NCBI GenBank assembly: GCA_050613775.1
Contig: JBODTK010000010.1
Location: 930,001 to 994,000, forward strand
Source of the DNA: Neocallimastix sp. 'constans'
Taxonomy: Eukaryota
Direction: 5' to 3'
DNA length: 64,000 bases
In this document: positions 14,684 to 27,412 of the stretch, one piece after another
Layout of the letters: each line of letters opens with the position of its first letter
How positions within the stretch are numbered: position 1 is the stretch's first letter
Position numbers and translations under genes: made by a program
The notes under the pieces: generated by a model
What the model was told of the DNA's origin: nothing
The model's input: only the letters and a program-made list of their open reading frames with translations
The model's database searches: none

Positions 14684-14723
<40 letters not shown>

Positions 14724-15550
14724 GTAATTCTTAATGTTATTTATTATTTATTATTATTTATTATGGTAATACCATCTGCTCGGGGGTATTTAAAGCATTG
14801 TAAATGATTTGTTAGTAGGAACATTATACATTATGTTAAAATTCTTGGGAAGAACGATTATATAATTATAAGATAGTCTTATACATAATGATAATTCTCA
14901 TTTTATAATATGAAAAAAAATACTTTTTGTAGCTCTTTAATAAATGAATATAATTATTGAACTTTATGGATATGTAGTAGTATTAATAATATATACATAT
15001 ACATATATTTTTATTTTTTTAATCCTTTTTATTAACATTTTTTAATTTCATTCTTTTAAATTATTAAAAAAGATTAAAATAAAAAAAAAATAATGTTCAA
15101 TATAATGTAATATATAAAATTTTAATTTATTGAAATCACCTTGAATACTTTATAAATAAAATATATTATTAATTTAATATAAATATATTAATAATATATA
15201 ATTGATTTTTAATTTTTAATTTTTAATTTTTTTTAAATTTATCTTTTTTTTAAAATTTTTTTTTTTTTTTTAATTTAAAATTAAAATTTTTGTATGAAAT
15301 CTTTTTATGCCCTTAAAAATTTCATTTACAAAAATTTTTAAATGAATATAAAATAAAAAATAAAAAATTAATAAAAAAATAATGTTAAATAGTGAAGGCA
15401 ATGAAAATGAAAATGAAAATGAAAATGAAAATGAAAATGAATTTTAGTTAATTTAATTATAAAATAAAATGTATGTTTAGTCTATAGTAAAATAAAAATG
15501 ATACATATAACAATATAAAATAATGATAATAATATTGAATAATAATAATT
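14400..15550 (+). repeat. Tandem segmental duplication, copy 1 (copy 2 at about 21120-22350)
   Basis: The 3' flanks are collinear. Examples: TTATGGTAATAC.ATCTGCTCGG...TTTAAAGCATTGTAAATGAT at about 14761 and 21576, GAAATCACCTTGAATAC, and (GAAAAT)n. Confidence 0.9.
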
Positions 15551-15987
15551 GATAAATTCTCTCCGAACACACTAGTTTAAAGAAAAATTTATATGAACGA
15601 GACCACTTTATTAATTATCAAAGTATTTGTAAAGTGACCTTTATTATTTATATTTACCCTTTAAATATAAATAATAGTTTTTAATATATTTAACGTAAAC
15701 TACAAATAAAAATAAAATAATTTTATAAATAACACTAATAATTAATAAACACGTATTATTAATTATACTAGTTATTTTTATATATATAATTTAGTATTTC
15801 ATTATTAAATTTCCTCTTTTCTTTTCTTTTCTTTTCTTTTTTCTAAGTTTTAATCTTATTTATTTAATTTTTTAAATTAAAATAATTTATATATCTTATT
15901 ACGTCACAAATGAAATATTTACATAATATATAATATTTGACTGTGCGATTTTTCGAAATGAAAATTTTAAACTTTACCACATTCAAA

Positions 15988-16046
<59 letters not shown>

Positions 16047-16411
16047 ATTAATAAATAGATTAATAAATTAATAAATAAATAATTAAATAGATTAATAAAT
16101 TAATAAATAAAATTTGTCATTGATAACGAAAGTTGAACATCATATTTCATTTAATAATAATAATTTCCAATTTTTTTTAATTATAATACTTTAAAAGATG
16201 TGGAAATAAAATATTTTATATAAAAATATGAACTTTCCACTTTATTTTCTTTTCTTTAAAAATATATTATTTTAAAAATTCAAAACCAAAAAAAAAAAAA
16301 AAAAAAAAAAATTCATTATTAAATTTCATAAATATTTATAGATAATATAAATTTATTAAAATATTATATAGCATTAAAACATATATATGAAAGTAATTTT
16401 AACTTTTAATT

Positions 16412-19400
16412 ATGACTATTGGAAAAGATGTAAAAGATAATAAAATTAATAAAGAAGAAGAATTTTTAATTTTTTTTCGAAAAGAAATTAATTTTATTAT
16501 CATAAAGATTCTTAATTTTTATGATAAAAAAATTCAAGTGTCTATTAATGATTTATCAAAAATTTTATCTGAAATAGATATATATTATAAATATAAAGAA
16601 AAATATTATTCATTTTCAGAATGCTTATTCCACGCATGTAAAAATAGTCATGAAGAAATTGTTTATTATTTAGTCAACCATGGGGCTGATGTTAATGAAA
16701 AATATTATCGAGAAAGTTGGAGAGGAGTAACGCCAATATTTATTGCATGTTGGAGTGGAAATGAAAATATTATAAAATATTTAGTTGAACATGGAGCTGA
16801 TGTTAATAAAAAAAATGAATATGGGGAAGTACCAATATTTAATGCATATAAAAATGGAAATGAAAATATTGTAAAATATTTAATTGAACATGGAGCTTAT
16901 GCTAATGAAGAAGATTATAGAGAAAGTTGGAGAGGATTAACACCAATATTTATTGCATGTGAAAATGGAAATGAAAATATTGTAAAATATTTAGTGGAAC
17001 ATGAAGCAGATGTTAATGACGATAATTGGAATAGAGAAACACCTATATTTAATGCATGTAGGAGTGGAAATGAAAATATTGTAAAATATTTAGTCGAACA
17101 TGGAGCTGATATTAATAAAAAAAGTAAAAATGGAGAAACACCAATGTTTAATGCATGTAGGAGTGGAAATGAAAATACTTTTAAATATTTAGTTGAACAT
17201 GGAGCTGATGTTAATAAAGTAAGTAATCATGATGAAACATTGATATTTAATGCATGTAGTGGTAGAAATGAAAATATTGTAAAATATTTAGTTGAACATG
17301 GAGCTGATGTTAATAAAGAAAATTGGAGTGAAAAAACACCAATATTTAATGCATGTTGGAGTGGAAATGAAAATATTATTAAATATTTAGTTGAACATGG
17401 AGCTGATGTTAATAAAAAAAATAAATATGGAGAAGTACCAATATTTATTGCATGTAAATATGGAAATGAAAATATTGTAAAATGTCTAGTTGAACATGGA
17501 GCTGATGTTAATAAAAGAAATACAAATGGTAAAACACCAATATATATCGCATGTAAAAATGGAAAAGAAAATATTGTAAAATATTTAGTTGAACATGGAG
17601 CTTATGTTAATAAAGAAAATAAAAATGGAGAAACGCCAATACTTATTGCATGTAAAAATGGAAATGAAAATATTGTAAAATATTTAGTTGAACATGGAGC
17701 TGATGTTAATAAAAGAAATTCAAATAGAGAAATACCTATACTTATTGCATGCGAAAATGGAAATGAAAATATTGTAAAATATTTAGTGGAACATGGGGCT
17801 GATGTTAATAAAAAATTTGGAGAAAGGAAACACTAATATTTAATGCATATAGGAGTGGAAATGAAAATATTGTAAGAAGTCTGGTTGAACATGGAGCTGA
17901 TGTTAATGAAAGAAATACAAATGGAGAAACACTGATACTTATTGCATGTAAAAATGGAAATGAAAATATTGTAAGAAGTCTGGTTGAACATGGAGCTGAT
18001 GTTAATGAAAGAAATACAAATGAAGAAACACTGATACTTATTGCATGTAAAAATGGAAATGAAAATAGTGTTAAATGTTTAGTTGAACATGGAGCTGATG
18101 TTAATAAAGAGAATAAATATGGGGAAACACCAATACTTATTGCATGTAAAAATGGAAATGAAAATATTGTAAAATATTTAGTTGAACATGGAGCTGATGT
18201 TAATAAAGAAAATGAAAATGGAGAAACGCCAATATTTAATGCATGTTGGAGTGGAAATGAAAATACTTTTAAATATTTAGTTGAACATGGAGCTGATGTT
18301 AATAAAGAAAATGAATATGGAGAAGCACCAATATTTATTGCATGTAGTGGTAGAAATGAAAATATTGTAAAATATTTAGTTGAACATGGAGCTGATGTTA
18401 ATAAAGAAAATAAATATGGAAAAACACCAATATTTAATGCATGTAGGAGAGGAAATGAAAATACTTTTAAATATTTAGTTGAACATGGAGCTGATATTAA
18501 TAAAGAAAATAAAAATGGAAAAACACCAATATTTAATGCATGTAGGAGAGGAAATGAAAATACTTTTAAATATTTAGTTGAACATGGAGCTGATATTAAT
18601 AAAGTAAATGAATATGGAGAAACACCAATATTTAATGCATGTTGGAGTGGAAATGAAAATATTGTTAAATATTTAATTGAACATGGAGCTGATATTAATA
18701 AAGAAATTTGGAATGAAGAAACACCAATATTTAATGCATGTTGGAATGGAAATAAAAATATTGTAAATTATTTAGTTGAACATGGAGCTGATGTTAATAA
18801 AGTAAATAAAAATGGAGAAACACCAATATTTAATGCATGTAGGTGGGAAGATGAAAATATTATAAAATGTTTAGTTGAACATGGAGCTGATGTTAATAAA
18901 AGAATTGATGGAGAAACACTAATATTTAATGTATGTAAAAATGGAAATGAAAATATTGTAAAATATTTAGTGGAACATGGAGCGGATGTTAATGAAGATA
19001 ATTGTGATAGAGAAACACCAATATTTTATGGATGTAAAAATGGAAATGAAAATATTGTAAAATATTTAGTTGAACATGGAGCTGATGTTAATAAAGAAAA
19101 TGAAAATGGGGAAACACCAATATTTTATGGATGTAAAAATGGAAATGAAAATATTGTAAAATATTTAGTTGAACATAGAGCTGATGTTAATAAAGAAAAT
19201 GAAAATGGAGAAACACCAATATTTAAAGCATGTTGGAGGGGAAATGAAAGTATTATAAAATATTTAGTTGAACATGGAGCTGATATTAATAAAGAAAGTT
19301 GGAATGAAGAAACACCAATATTTAATGCATGTAAGAATGGAAATGAAAATATTGTAAAATATTTAGTTGAACATGGAGCTGATATTAATAAAGAAAATTG

Positions 19401-21165
19401 GAGTGAAGAAACACCAATATTTAATGCATGTTGGAATGAAAAAGAAAGTATCATAAAATATTTAGTTGAACATGGAGCTGATGCTAATAAAAAAAATGAA
19501 AATGGAGAAACACCAATATTTAAAGCATGTTGGAGTGGAAAAGAAAATATTGTAAAATGGTTTGTTGAACATGGAACTGATATTAATAAAGAAAATAAAG
19601 ATAAAGAAACACCAATATTTATTGCATGTAAAAATGGAAAAGAAAATATTGTAAAATATTTAGTTGAACATGGAGCTGATATTAATAAAAGAATTGATGG
19701 AGAAACACCAATATTTATTGCATGTAAAAATGGAAATGAAAATATTGTAAAATGTTTAGTGGAACATGAAGCGAATGTTAATGAAAGTAATTGGCATAGT
19801 GAAACACCTATATTTATTGCATGTAAAAATGGAAAAGAAAATATTGTAAAATATTTAGTTGAACATGGAGCTGATATTAGTAAAGAAAATTGGGATAGAG
19901 AAACACTAATATTTTATGCATGTAAGAGTGAAAATGAAAATATTGTAAAATTTTTAGTGGACCATGAAGCTGATATTAATAAAGAAAATGAAAATGGAGA
20001 AACACCAATATTTAATTTATGTAAGAGTGGAAATGAAAATATTATAAAATATTTAGTTGAACATGGAGCTGATATTAATAAAGAAAATAAAGATGGAAGA
20101 ACACCAATATTTAATGCATGTTGGAGGGGAAATGAAAATATTGTAAAGTATTTAGTTGAACATGGAGCTGATGTTAATAAAGAAAGTAATAATGGAAAAA
20201 CACCAATATTTAAAGCATGTAAAAATGGAAATGAAAATATTGTAAAATATTTAATTGAACATGGAGCTGATATTAATAAAGAAAATAAAGATGGAAGAAC
20301 ACTAATATTTTATGCATGTTGGAGTGGAAATGAAAATACTTTTAAATATTTAGTTGAACATGGAGCTGATGTTAATAAAGAAAATGAAAATGGAGAAACA
20401 CCAATATTTAATGCATGTAGGAGTGGAAAAGAAAATATTATAAAATATTTAGTTGAACATGGAGCTGATGTTAATAAAGAAAGTAAAAATGGAAAAACAC
20501 CAATATTTAATGCATGTAGGAGAGGAAAAGAAAATATTGTAAAATATTTAGTTGAACATGGAGCTGATGTTAATAAAGAAAATGAATATGGAGAAGCACC
20601 AATATTTATTGCATGTAGTGGTAGAAATGAAAATATTGTAAAATATTTAGTTGAACATGGAGCTGATGTTAATAAAAAAAATAAATATGGAGAAGCACCA
20701 ATATTTATTGCATATAAAAATGGAAATGAAAATATTGTAAAATATTTAATTGAACATGGAGCTGATATTAATAAAGAAAATAAATATGGAGAAGTACCAA
20801 TATTTATTGCATGTAAATATGGAAATGAAAATATTGTAAAATGTTTAGTGGAACATGAAGCGGATGTTAATGAAAGTAATTGGCATAGTGAAACACCAAT
20901 ATTTAATGCATGTAGGATTGGAAAAGAAAGTATTGTAAAATATTTAGTTGAACATGGAGTTAATGTTAATAAAGAAAATTGGAATAGAGAAACACCAATA
21001 TTTATTGCATGTGAAAATGGAAATGAAAATATTGTAAAATATTTAGTTGAACATGGAGCTGATATTGATAAAAAAAATAGGGATAGAGAAACACCAATAT
21101 TTATAGCAAAACGTTGTGGAAATAAAAATATTGTAAAATATTTAATTAAACATAGATATTATTAA
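16412..21165 (+). CDS. Large ankyrin-repeat protein (about 45 repeats, about 1584 aa if joined), with a single 1-nt frameshift at about 17810-17817
   Basis: ORF 16412-17836 shifts frame in an A-run (AATAAAAAATTTGGAGAAAGGAAACACTA). The new frame reads RKETLIFNAYRSGNENIV... and appears open through the annotated 18970-21165 ORF. Unit consensus GETPIFxACxxGNENIVKYLVEHGADVNKExxx. Confidence 0.88.
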
Positions 21166-22852
21166 TAAATTTATGTTTATATTATATTAATGATAATATA
21201 ATATATATATATATATATTTATTTTCAATTACATCTTAACATCAATTGGTAATTACGAATGTTTAATTAAATTATTTTACATGTATTTATATCTTTCGTG
21301 GCTTTTTTCTATATTTAATACGTAATTTAATGTTTTTTAAATTTAACTATTTTATATTACATTTATATTTATTTAGTGAATGTGTGGTCCTCTCCCTTAT
21401 TTAGTTTATATTTAATTTATTATTATTAAAGTAAACTTAAATTTTAATAATCATAATAATAATAATCATAATAATAATAATGAAAATAAAAGAATATTAT
21501 ATATGAATTTTTACTTTTTTTTTTTTTTTTTTTTTTTGATAATTATTAATATTATTTATTATTTGTTATTATTTATTATGGTAATACTATCTGCTCGGTG
21601 GATATTTAAAGCATTGTAAATGATATGATAGTAGGAACATTATACACTATGTTAAAATTCTTTGGAAGAACAATTATATTATTATAAGATAGTCTTATAC
21701 ATAATGATAATTCTCATTTTATAATATGAAAAAAAAAATACTTTTTGTAGCTCTTTAATAAATGAATATAGTTATTGAACTTTATGGATATGTAGTAGTA
21801 TTAATAATATATACATATACATATATTTTTATTTTTTTAATCCTTTTTATTAACATTTTTTAATTTCATTCTTTTAAATTATTAAAAAAGATTAAAATAA
21901 AAAAAAAATAATGTTCAATATAATGTAATATATAAAATTTTAATTTATTAATTGAAATCACCTTGAATACTTTATAAATAAAATATATTATTAATTTAAT
22001 ATAAATATATTAATAATATATAATTGATTTTTAATTTTTAATTTTTAATTTTTTTTAAATTTATCTTTTTTTAAAATTTTTTTTTTTTTTTATTTTAAAA
22101 TTAAAATTTTCATATGAAATCTTTTTATGCCCTAAAAATTTCATTTACAAAAATTTTTAAATGAATATAAAATAAAAATAAAAAATTAATAAAAAATAAT
22201 GTAAACTGTAAAGGCAATGAAAATGAAAATGAAAATGAAAATGAATTTTAGTTAATTTGATTATAAAATAAAATGTATGTTTAGTCTATAGTAAAATAAA
22301 AATGATACATATGACAATATAAAATAATGATAATAATATTGAATAATAATAAATAATAAATAATAAATAATAATAATAGTAATAATAATAAATATTTTGG
22401 AATTTTTATATAATTAAATCTATTTCTTTATTAGTTATAATAGTTTATTAAAATTATTTTTTATTTTATTTAATTTTATTTTTATTCATTTCATATTTTT
22501 TTTATGTTTCAGTTTTTTTTTTTTTTTCTATTATGTTTTGCCTGAACGCAAATGAATATTTAATTAGTTAATAGGTAAAATTTAAAAAATTTTTTTTTAA
22601 AATTTTTATTATAAATTTATATTTTTCAATTTTAAATATATAATGGTATATTGAGAATAATTTAGAATAAAATTTATTTAATATATTAATTATTTAATAT
22701 TAATTTTTAATTTTTATTATTCAATAAATAAATTGTTTTTTTATTTTAATTTTTATTATTCAATAAATAAATCGTTAATTTTTTTTTTATTTTTATTATT
22801 CAATAAATAAATCGTTATTTTCTTTTTTTTTTTTTTATTTAGTTCGATTTAA

Positions 22853-23476
22853 TTATTGAACTTGAATAGTACGACGTTGAGTTTTTGGTGGTTCAGCCTT
22901 TGATATAGTGACTTCTAATACGCCATTTTCCATTTTAGCTTGAATACTGTCAAGATTAGCTGTTTCCGGAATACTGAAGGATCTAGAGAATTTACCATAT
23001 TCACATTCCATTTTACTAATTTTCATATGATTAGGCATTCCTTGTTGTTTGTATTTGTTTTCTCTTTCACCAGAAATAGTTAAAATACTATCTTCTGATA
23101 ATTCCATATGAATTTGTTCTTTAGTCATTCCTGGTAAATCTAATTGAATATAGTAGTTCTTGTCATCTTCACAAAGATTATTCTTTGGACGGAAATCTAC
23201 TAATTTATAGACATCCTTATCAAATGAATGAGAGGATTGTCTTCTGGTAGCAGCATTAGCATTTGGCTTTGAAACTGATTTAGGACCTGAAGCACTTTGT
23301 GGATTTGAATGGTAGGCATATGGTGGATAGCCATAGAAGAAAGGAAAACCAGAAACCATAGGATGATTATAATAATCATCATGATGATTATCATGATCAT
23401 GATCGTCTAAAATTGAATTGTTTAAGATAGAACGATCACTTTCTTTAATTGGGTCATCTAAAAAGAATAAAGACAT
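22853..23476 (-). CDS. Small heat-shock protein (HSP20), paralogue 3
   Basis: 207-aa ORF with the same domain. It is the most divergent of the three (QQGMPNH insertion, GVLEVTISK). Confidence 0.95.
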   Translation of the reverse strand: MSLFFLDDPIKESDRSILNNSILDDHDHDNHHDDYYNHPMVSGFPFFYGYPPYAYHSNPQSASGPKSVSKPNANAATRRQSSHSFDKDVYKLVDFRPKNNLCEDDKNYYIQLDLPGMTKEQIHMELSEDSILTISGERENKYKQQGMPNHMKISKMECEYGKFSRSFSIPETANLDSIQAKMENGVLEVTISKAEPPKTQRRTIQVQ

Positions 23477-24031
23477 TTTTTCTTATTCGAATTTTATTTA
23501 TTTAATAAGTTTTATTATATTTTATTTTAACTGGTTTTATTTTATTTTATTTTTATATAATTATTTTAACTTTTTATTTTATTTTATTTTTATATAATTA
23601 TTTTAACTTTTTATTTTATTTTATTTTATTTTATTTTAATATTTAAAACTATTATATAATTAATAATAAATTTTATCAAAAGGAAAATTCAGTACTATTT
23701 ATATAAAATTAAAAAAAAAAATATATATTTAATTAAACAGTAATTTGAAGTAAAGAAAAATTAAAAAAAAAAAAATAAAAAAAAATGAGAAGAAATTGAT
23801 TAATAACAGAGTTTTCCGATGCAAAGCTAAGCTTAATTAATATCTTCTTTTTTTTTTAAAAAAAAAAAAAGATAAAGATAAATTGATTAAAAATGAATTA
23901 GAAATATAATCCATTATATTATATTTTATAATATATTAAATTTTAATGAAAATTAAAAATGGTTAATAAATAAATTAATTTTAAATATAAAATATTTTAA
24001 AAATTTTTAATTAATAATAATTAAATATAAA

Positions 24032-24065
<34 letters not shown>

Positions 24066-24579
24066 ATGGCTTTTAATAACTGAATATTTGAATAAATAAA
24101 TAAATAAATATTTAATAACAAATAATAATGTTGAATAATAAAATAGTAATAATGAGTAGATAAAAATATATTAAATAGTAAATATTATATATAAACTAAT
24201 AAATAATTAAATAAATAATTAATTGAATTATCAAATAAATAAATAATGAATAAATAAATAAATAAATACATATAAATATTTTATATGTATTTATTTTTTT
24301 TTTTAAATTAAATTTTAAATAATTAAATTAATAAAAAATATGCATTAGAAAATAAATTTTCTAAAAAATTCTATTTTTCATCCTTAAGTATATATATATA
24401 TTTTTTTTTTCCAAAATATTCTGTTTTCTAATAAAATACTCAATATTTAATTTTATCTCGGTAAATTCTTTAATTTTTGAAATAATATCTTAATTACAAT
24501 ATATATATATATATATTGATAAGTTATAAATAATAATTTATATATATATAAATATATAGATTTTTTTTTTTTTTAATTT

Positions 24580-24850
<271 letters not shown>

Positions 24851-25574
24851 GGAATATTACATCATTTAACCATTATAAAAGAAAGTTAACTCTATTTGTT
24901 TAATATGGAAGATAATTTTTTTGCTTTCCTTAGAAATAATAAATATTAAGCCCACTTAAAATATTTATGTTTTTTGAAATATTTTATATTTATGATATTA
25001 ATACTATTATGAATAAATACTTTTTGAACAATAACATCAAAGAAGCAAGAACAAAAAAAAAAAATAAATTTAAAAAAAAATAATTATTTTCCTTTTTTTT
25101 TTTTTTTATTATTGTTTTTCATTTATGATAGTTTATTTCTATAAAATTATCTATTCACAAATTAATTAAATGAATCAAATATTAATAGATTATTTTATAT
25201 GTAATAATAATAATTACGAAACTTGCTTTAATAATAGTAATAATAATGAAAACTTGTTACTTGCTTTAATAATAATAATAATAATAATAAAAACTTTTTT
25301 TAATCATGTTGACTTTAAATAAAGTTTTTTTTTTTTTTTTTAAATATAGAAATAGATCATCATCAATGGACTTTAAAAAAAAAAAATTCTATATTCTTTT
25401 TGAGTTACTTCGTAAGTGAAAATAAGTACTAGTCTCCAAAATGGTTGAAATTAAATTATTGTACTACAAAATTTAATTTTTATCTGTAATTCTGTAATTA
25501 GTATTATATAATATGAATATAATATATTTTTTATTGTATATTTTTTAATGTTAATTTTTTAATTTTGTTTTTTT

Positions 25575-25809
25575 TTATCTTATTATTTTATTTATATTTA
25601 TATTACTATATTATTAATTATAATTAAATACTATTATGTAACTTACAAAGTATAAAAGAAAGATGTAAAAATCTATCTTTTATGTTCTTTGTAAGGTTAT
25701 TGTAAAATTATCTTAATAGTAATATATTAATATATTATAGATATTTCATTATGTTTAAAGGGATGCATTTCACAAAATGTGGCTTAAATTTTTTTTAAAA
25801 AATAAACAT

Positions 25810-25842
<33 letters not shown>

Positions 25843-26695
25843 TAATATTAAATAAAAAAAAAAAATATGTTAAAAATGTTTTATTATAACTCTTTTATAT
25901 TTCATCTTAATTTCTATCAAATTTTAATTTTATTTTATTATTATAATATTTAAAAAATAAAAAAATTATATAATACTGATATTGATATTAATAATAAAAA
26001 TAACTATATAAAATATTGATATTCTATATATATAATTATTTATTATTCAGAATAAATAATATATAATTTTTTAATATAACAGTAATATGAAGATATGAAA
26101 TATATATGAAAATATTTTTTTTTACCGCTTAATATTTGAAATATTTATATTTATTCTGAATAAAAAATTAGTGCTAATTATTCAATTTTTTTTAATTAGA
26201 AAAATAAAATATTATTTATTTATTATTTATTTATTTATTTTATTTATTAATTATTTATTATATTTATTATTTGTTATTATTTATTATTTATTATTTATTT
26301 ATTTAAAAATATTTTATAATAAAATATTTTAAGACTTATTTCAAAAATGATTTTTATTATTTATTTAATTATTTATTTAATTATTTATTCATTGATTAAA
26401 AAAATTATATAATGTGGCAATTAATAAGTATTTTTAAGCCACATTGCGAAATGATACACATTCTTTTAAAATCAAATTAATTTATCAATTTTAATTATTA
26501 AAGTTTATCATAAATAAATTTTTATTAAACTAAACCATTTAAATATATTTATTATTATTATATATCTATATAGTATATTACTATATAGACATATTTGTAA
26601 AATTTTTAATAAAACATATTATTTTATTTAGTAAAAATTTTAATAAAACATATTTTATTTAAATTTACAACATAAAATAGATCGAAATCTTAACA
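25575..26695 (+). mobile_element. Old, 5'-eroded LTR related to the chromovirus LTRs, interrupted by a MITE
   Basis: Contains TATGTAACTTACAAAGTATAAAAGAAAGATGTAAAAATCTATCTTTTATGTTCTTTGTAAGGTTATTGTA, shared with 36186-36255. Segment 26466-26695 matches the reverse complement of 26701-26906 and ends AAATCTTAACA. Left boundary is approximate. Confidence 0.75.
25759..26465. mobile_element. Non-autonomous TIR element (MITE) at a TTAA site, Kolobok/T2-like termini
   Basis: Left end TTAA|AGGGATGCATTTCACAAAATGTGGCTTAAA and right end TTTAAGCCACATTGCGAAATG..CATTCTT|TTAA. Inner inverted pair TTATTCAGAATAAATA / TATTTATTCTGAATAA. Absent from the homologous LTR at 26701-27412. Confidence 0.65.
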
Positions 26696-26700
26696 ATTTA

Positions 26701-27412
26701 TGTTAAGATTTTGATATAATTTATAATTTAAATGTAAATAAAATAATATGTTTTAATAAAAATATTCACTAAGTCGATATGTCTATATAGTAATATACTA
26801 TATAGATATATAATAATAATAATAAATATTTAAATGTTTAGTTTAATGAAAATTTATTTATAATAAACTTTGATAATTAGAATTATCAAATTAATTTGAT
26901 TTTAAATTTATTGATTTTATTTAATAATAAAATATCTATAATATATTACTATTAAGGTAATTTTACAATAACCTTACAAAGAACATAAAAGATAGATTTT
27001 TACATCTTTCTTTTATACTTTGTAAGTTACATAATAATAATATTTAATTATAGGATAGTAATAATATAGTAATATAAATAATAATAAAATATAAGGATAA
27101 ATTTAATTATATAATTAATTTGAATAATTGAATTTAATATAGATATGTTGTAAACATATATAAAAACATAATATAAATAAAATACACGTGACGTCAAATG
27201 TATCATTGAAATTAATTGTTAATATAAACCTTATTTATTAATATTCTCAGAATTATTAGGCCTAAGATAACCCTTTAAATATTAAACAAGAATTTATATT
27301 AATTATTAATTATTTAAATATATATATTATTTATAATTAAATAAATAATATTTTTAATTATTGAAATGTAAATAACTGAAATTGAGATTTCAATTCAGTT
27401 ATAATTTCAACA
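26701..27412 (-). mobile_element. Solo LTR (712 bp) of the chromovirus family, with 5-bp TSD ATTTA
   Basis: TG...CA termini and ATTTA at both 26696-26700 and 27413-27417. The reverse complement aligns to the first ~500 nt of LTR 35754-36489 and then diverges. Confidence 0.92.

Noticed and set aside
16620..21150. CRISPR-like appearance (constant repeat with variable spacer)
   Set aside because: The 99-nt period is in-frame ankyrin coding sequence, there are no cas genes, and the context is eukaryotic.
25600..27090. Single branched foldback element or structured ncRNA
   Set aside because: Fully explained by two inverted related LTRs plus a nested MITE, supported by TSDs.
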